Below, piece after piece: positions 16,418 through 20,000 of a stretch of DNA of 20,000 nucleotides. Under the pieces are notes generated by a model. The model had not been told where the DNA came from, did no database searches, and worked only from the letters and a program-made list of their open reading frames with translations. Position numbers and translations under genes: made by a program. Position 1 is the stretch's first letter, and each line of letters begins with the position of its first letter. This stretch comes from Deltaproteobacteria bacterium (GTDB lineage: Bacteria > JAGRBM01 > JAHCIT01), in contig JAHCIT010000013.1 of assembly GCA_026129095.1 (NCBI GenBank), positions 44,887-64,886 of the forward strand, read 5' to 3'.

Positions 16418-17830
16418 ATGGTCGGCATCATGGCATACGGGGCATATGTCCCCTTTCACCGGCTCCAGCGCAAGGCGCTCAACGAGGCCCACGGCAAGCC
16501 GGGAGGCAAGGGCGAGCGGTCGGTTGCCAACTACGACGAGGATTCGGTTTCGATGGCGGTTGAGGCCGCCTGGAATGCCTTGTGGAAATACGACACGAAG
16601 CAGGTGGGGACAGTCTATCTCGGCACGACGACGAATCCGTACGCCGAAAAGGCTTCCAGCACGACTATTGCCGCCGCCCTCGACATGCCACCGCAGGTCC
16701 GCACGGCCGATTTCGGTGATTCGCTCAGGGCGGGTTCGAGTGCCCTGCTGGCGGCGCTGGATGCGGCAGTCTCGACGGGTAAGCCCGCACTGGCGCTGGC
16801 CGGGGACTGCCGGATCGGCGGAGCCGGTGGCGGCAACGAAAGCAGTTTCGGTGACGGGGCGGCCGCGTTCCTGTTCGGAACAGGGGATCTTGTGGCGCGG
16901 GTGCTGGCGACGGCCAGTGTTGCCAACGAGATCGTGGACAACTTCCGCCGCCATGAGGACGTGATGGTCCGCAACTGGGAAGAGCGGTTCGGCATTGTCC
17001 AGGGTGTGAACCGGGCCATACCTGCAGCGGTGAAGCAGGCGCTCCAGCAGGCGGGTCTCAAAGGGGAGCAGGTGGACCGGTTCGTCTGCGCCTCGCCTTC
17101 GAGCAAGGCAACGCAGGCCGTGGCCAAGATGTGCGGCATCAGGCCGGAAGCCATCGAGGATGCGCTGGAAGCCACGGTCGGCCAGGCAGGCGCCGCCCAC
17201 GGACCGATGATGCTCACCGGGGCACTGGAAAAGGCGAAAGCCGGCGACAAAATCCTTTTCGTATCTTATGCCGAAGGAGCCGATGCGCTGCTCTTGGAGG
17301 CGACACCGGGCATTGACGCCTGGCGCCCCAAGCGGCACCTCTCTGACCTTATTGAACGCAAGCGGAACGACATCCGCTACACGGACTACCTCAGGTGGCG
17401 GAATCTGCTTGATTTCGAGCCGCCCCGCCGCCCGGAAATGAAGCGTCCGGCAGCAACTGCCATGTTCCGGAACTATCACCAGAACCTCGGCCTCTACGGA
17501 AGCCGCTGCACGGCTTGCGGAGCATTGAGCTACCCCAAGCAGCGTGTCTGCTGGAAGTGCCGTGCCAAGGACAAGACCACCGACTACTCGTTCCGTACGG
17601 CCAAGGGAAAGATACGGACATTTTCGGCCGACCATTTGGCCTACACACCTGCGCCGCCGGAACTGCTGGTGGTGATCGATTTTGAGGAAGGGGGACGGCT
17701 CATGTGCAACATGGCCGACGTTGACCTCAAGAACGTCAAGGTTGGCGAGCCGGTCGAGATGACCTTCCGCCGGCTCTATGAAGCGGGTGGAATTTTCAAC
17801 TACGCATGGAAAGCGAAGGCGGCGGGCTGA
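16418..17830 (+). CDS. HMG-CoA-synthase-like domain fused to DUF35 (zinc ribbon plus OB fold)
   Basis: GIMAYGAYVP..RL, GERSVANYDEDSVSMAVEAA, GDGAAAF, SYAEGADA. C-terminal CTAC-x10-CWKC and GEPVEMTFRRL...NYAWKA. Confidence 0.9.
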   Translation: MVGIMAYGAYVPFHRLQRKALNEAHGKPGGKGERSVANYDEDSVSMAVEAAWNALWKYDTKQVGTVYLGTTTNPYAEKASSTTIAAALDMPPQVRTADFGDSLRAGSSALLAALDAAVSTGKPALALAGDCRIGGAGGGNESSFGDGAAAFLFGTGDLVARVLATASVANEIVDNFRRHEDVMVRNWEERFGIVQGVNRAIPAAVKQALQQAGLKGEQVDRFVCASPSSKATQAVAKMCGIRPEAIEDALEATVGQAGAAHGPMMLTGALEKAKAGDKILFVSYAEGADALLLEATPGIDAWRPKRHLSDLIERKRNDIRYTDYLRWRNLLDFEPPRRPEMKRPAATAMFRNYHQNLGLYGSRCTACGALSYPKQRVCWKCRAKDKTTDYSFRTAKGKIRTFSADHLAYTPAPPELLVVIDFEEGGRLMCNMADVDLKNVKVGEPVEMTFRRLYEAGGIFNYAWKAKAAG

Positions 17831-17862
17831 TCCAGCCTTCCTCTTAAGGGGAGTACGAAATC

Positions 17863-19044
17863 ATGGCAGGAACCATCAAGGACCGTGTGGCAGTCGTCGG
17901 CATGGGATGTTCGAAGTTCGGCGAACGCTGGGAATCCAGCGTTGAGGACCTGCTCGTCGAGGCAGCCTACGAAGCCTATGAATCGGCTGGCATAGACCCC
18001 AAGCAGCTCGAAGCGGCATGGTTTGGCACCATGAACTCCGGCCGGGCAGCCCTGCCGCTGTCGCAGTCGCTGAAGCTCGACTACATCCCGATTACCCGCG
18101 TCGAGAACATGTGCGCTACCGGCAGCGAGGCCTTCCGGAATGCCTGTTATGCGGTCGCTTCTGGTGCCTATGACCTGGTGATGGCGATCGGTGTCGAGAA
18201 GCTGAAGGATTCCGGCTATTCCGGTCTCACGTCAGCCATGCCCGATTCCGACGGTACCGAGCCGAACCTCTCGGCTCCATCGGCCTTTGCGCTGCTGGCC
18301 CCGGCCTATGCGGCCAAATATGGCGTCAGTACCGAGAAGATGAAGGAGGTACTTTCGCGCATTGCCATGAAGAACCACGCCAACGGGGCGCTCAATCCCA
18401 AGGCGCAGTTCCAGAAGGCAGTCTCGATGGACGAGTGCCTGAAGTCACCCACGGTGGCGAGCCCGCTGGGCATTTTCGACTGCTCGGGGGTCGCCGACGG
18501 GGCCGCTGCCGCGATCATCTGCCGGGCCGAGGATGCCCACAAGTACAACAAGAAGCCGATGTACGTGAAGGCACTCACCATTGCCGCCGGGACGGGGGAG
18601 GGTGCACTCAACCCGGACTTCGACTTCACCATGATCAATGAGAACGTCCGCGCCGCGAAGGAAGCCTACCGGCAGGCGGGCATCACAGACCCGGCGAAGC
18701 AGATCTCCATGGCCGAAGTCCATGACTGCTTCACGCCGACCGAGCTCGTTATCTACGAAGACCTCGGTTTCACCGCTCGCGGGCAGGGCTGGAAAGACGT
18801 TCTGGACGGCGCGTTCGAACTGGGCGGCCGTTTGCCCGTGAACCCCGACGGCGGCTTGAAAAGTTTCGGTCACCCCATCGGTGCGTCCGGCCTCAGGATG
18901 CTCTACGAATGCTGGCTCCAGTTCCGCGGTGAGGCGGGAAAACGCCAGCTTCCCGACCCCAGGCTGGCTGTCACCCACAACCTGGGCGGCCAGCCTTGGC
19001 GTTGCGTCGCCTTCGTCAGTGTCGTCGGCAAAGAGGCCGGGTGA
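17863..19044 (+). CDS. Thiolase, SCP2/type-2 (acetyl-CoA acetyltransferase family)
   Basis: VGMGCSKFGE, VENMCATGSEA (Cys84), KNHANG..NPKAQF, DGAAA, AEVHDCF, NPDGGLKSFGHPIGASG, HNLGG. GGGGAG SD. Confidence 0.93.
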   Translation: MAGTIKDRVAVVGMGCSKFGERWESSVEDLLVEAAYEAYESAGIDPKQLEAAWFGTMNSGRAALPLSQSLKLDYIPITRVENMCATGSEAFRNACYAVASGAYDLVMAIGVEKLKDSGYSGLTSAMPDSDGTEPNLSAPSAFALLAPAYAAKYGVSTEKMKEVLSRIAMKNHANGALNPKAQFQKAVSMDECLKSPTVASPLGIFDCSGVADGAAAAIICRAEDAHKYNKKPMYVKALTIAAGTGEGALNPDFDFTMINENVRAAKEAYRQAGITDPAKQISMAEVHDCFTPTELVIYEDLGFTARGQGWKDVLDGAFELGGRLPVNPDGGLKSFGHPIGASGLRMLYECWLQFRGEAGKRQLPDPRLAVTHNLGGQPWRCVAFVSVVGKEAG

Positions 19045-19086
19045 ACCGGTCTAGGGATCGAGAAAATACCAAATAATTTCAGCTAA

Positions 19087-19113
19087 TTAGCAGTCACGTC
19101 TTTTAATTGCCAG
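19087..19113. promoter_or_regulatory. Degenerate CIRCE (HrcA operator) upstream of groESL
   Basis: TTAGCAGTC-N9-AATTGCCAG against consensus TTAGCACTC-N9-GAGTGCTAA: 8/9 and 5/9 matches, with the exact 9-nt spacer. Confidence 0.7.
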
Positions 19114-19120
19114 TTATCCC

Positions 19121-19148
19121 TTGACCGGTTGCAGGGCATGATTACTAC
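19121..19148 (+). promoter_or_regulatory. Putative groESL promoter
   Basis: TTGACC -35-like hexamer at 19121-19126, 7 nt after the CIRCE. Weak -10-like TACTAC at 19143-19148 (16-nt spacer). Confidence 0.4.
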
Positions 19149-19234
19149 TGCCCCAGCTTCGTGTCTGCCGGGGAACGGCGGGGGCGGGGCAAATTCAGGT
19201 TTCAACTCAAGTTCCAATGAAAGGGATGGCAAGC

Positions 19235-20000
<766 letters not shown>

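Noticed and set aside
14214-17635. Long antisense ORFs 14214..15371 and 16292..17635
   Set aside because: They lie opposite the well-supported rSAM and HMGS-like genes and have no protein-like motifs.

Overview
GC-rich bacterial chromosomal segment; the gene order and proteins resemble the Deltaproteobacteria/Myxococcota grade (tentative). Left: a housekeeping run pheA(3' end)-hisC-tyrA-aroA-cmk-rpsA-sppA-HIT. Middle: a crotonase-family gene and MoxR ATPase on the minus strand, then an extended-SDR/epimerase and a small hypothetical gene on the plus strand. From about 11.55 to 16.30 kb lies a six-gene divergon with no recognisable annotation. The plus arm is a radical SAM/SPASM enzyme coupled to two small membrane proteins. 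The minus arm is a 79-aa membrane-anchored peptide carrying a VKFGYNPNSSSIG motif, coupled to a membrane-anchored beta-rich protein and a TPR plus multi-TM protein. This divergon is the best candidate for an undescribed system: an rSAM-modified membrane peptide or envelope complex. Right: a catalytically degenerate HMG-CoA-synthase-like/DUF35 fusion with an SCP2-type thiolase (PhlABC-like architecture), then groES-groEL(5' part) preceded by a degenerate CIRCE. No tRNA, rRNA, CRISPR array or mobile element was seen.
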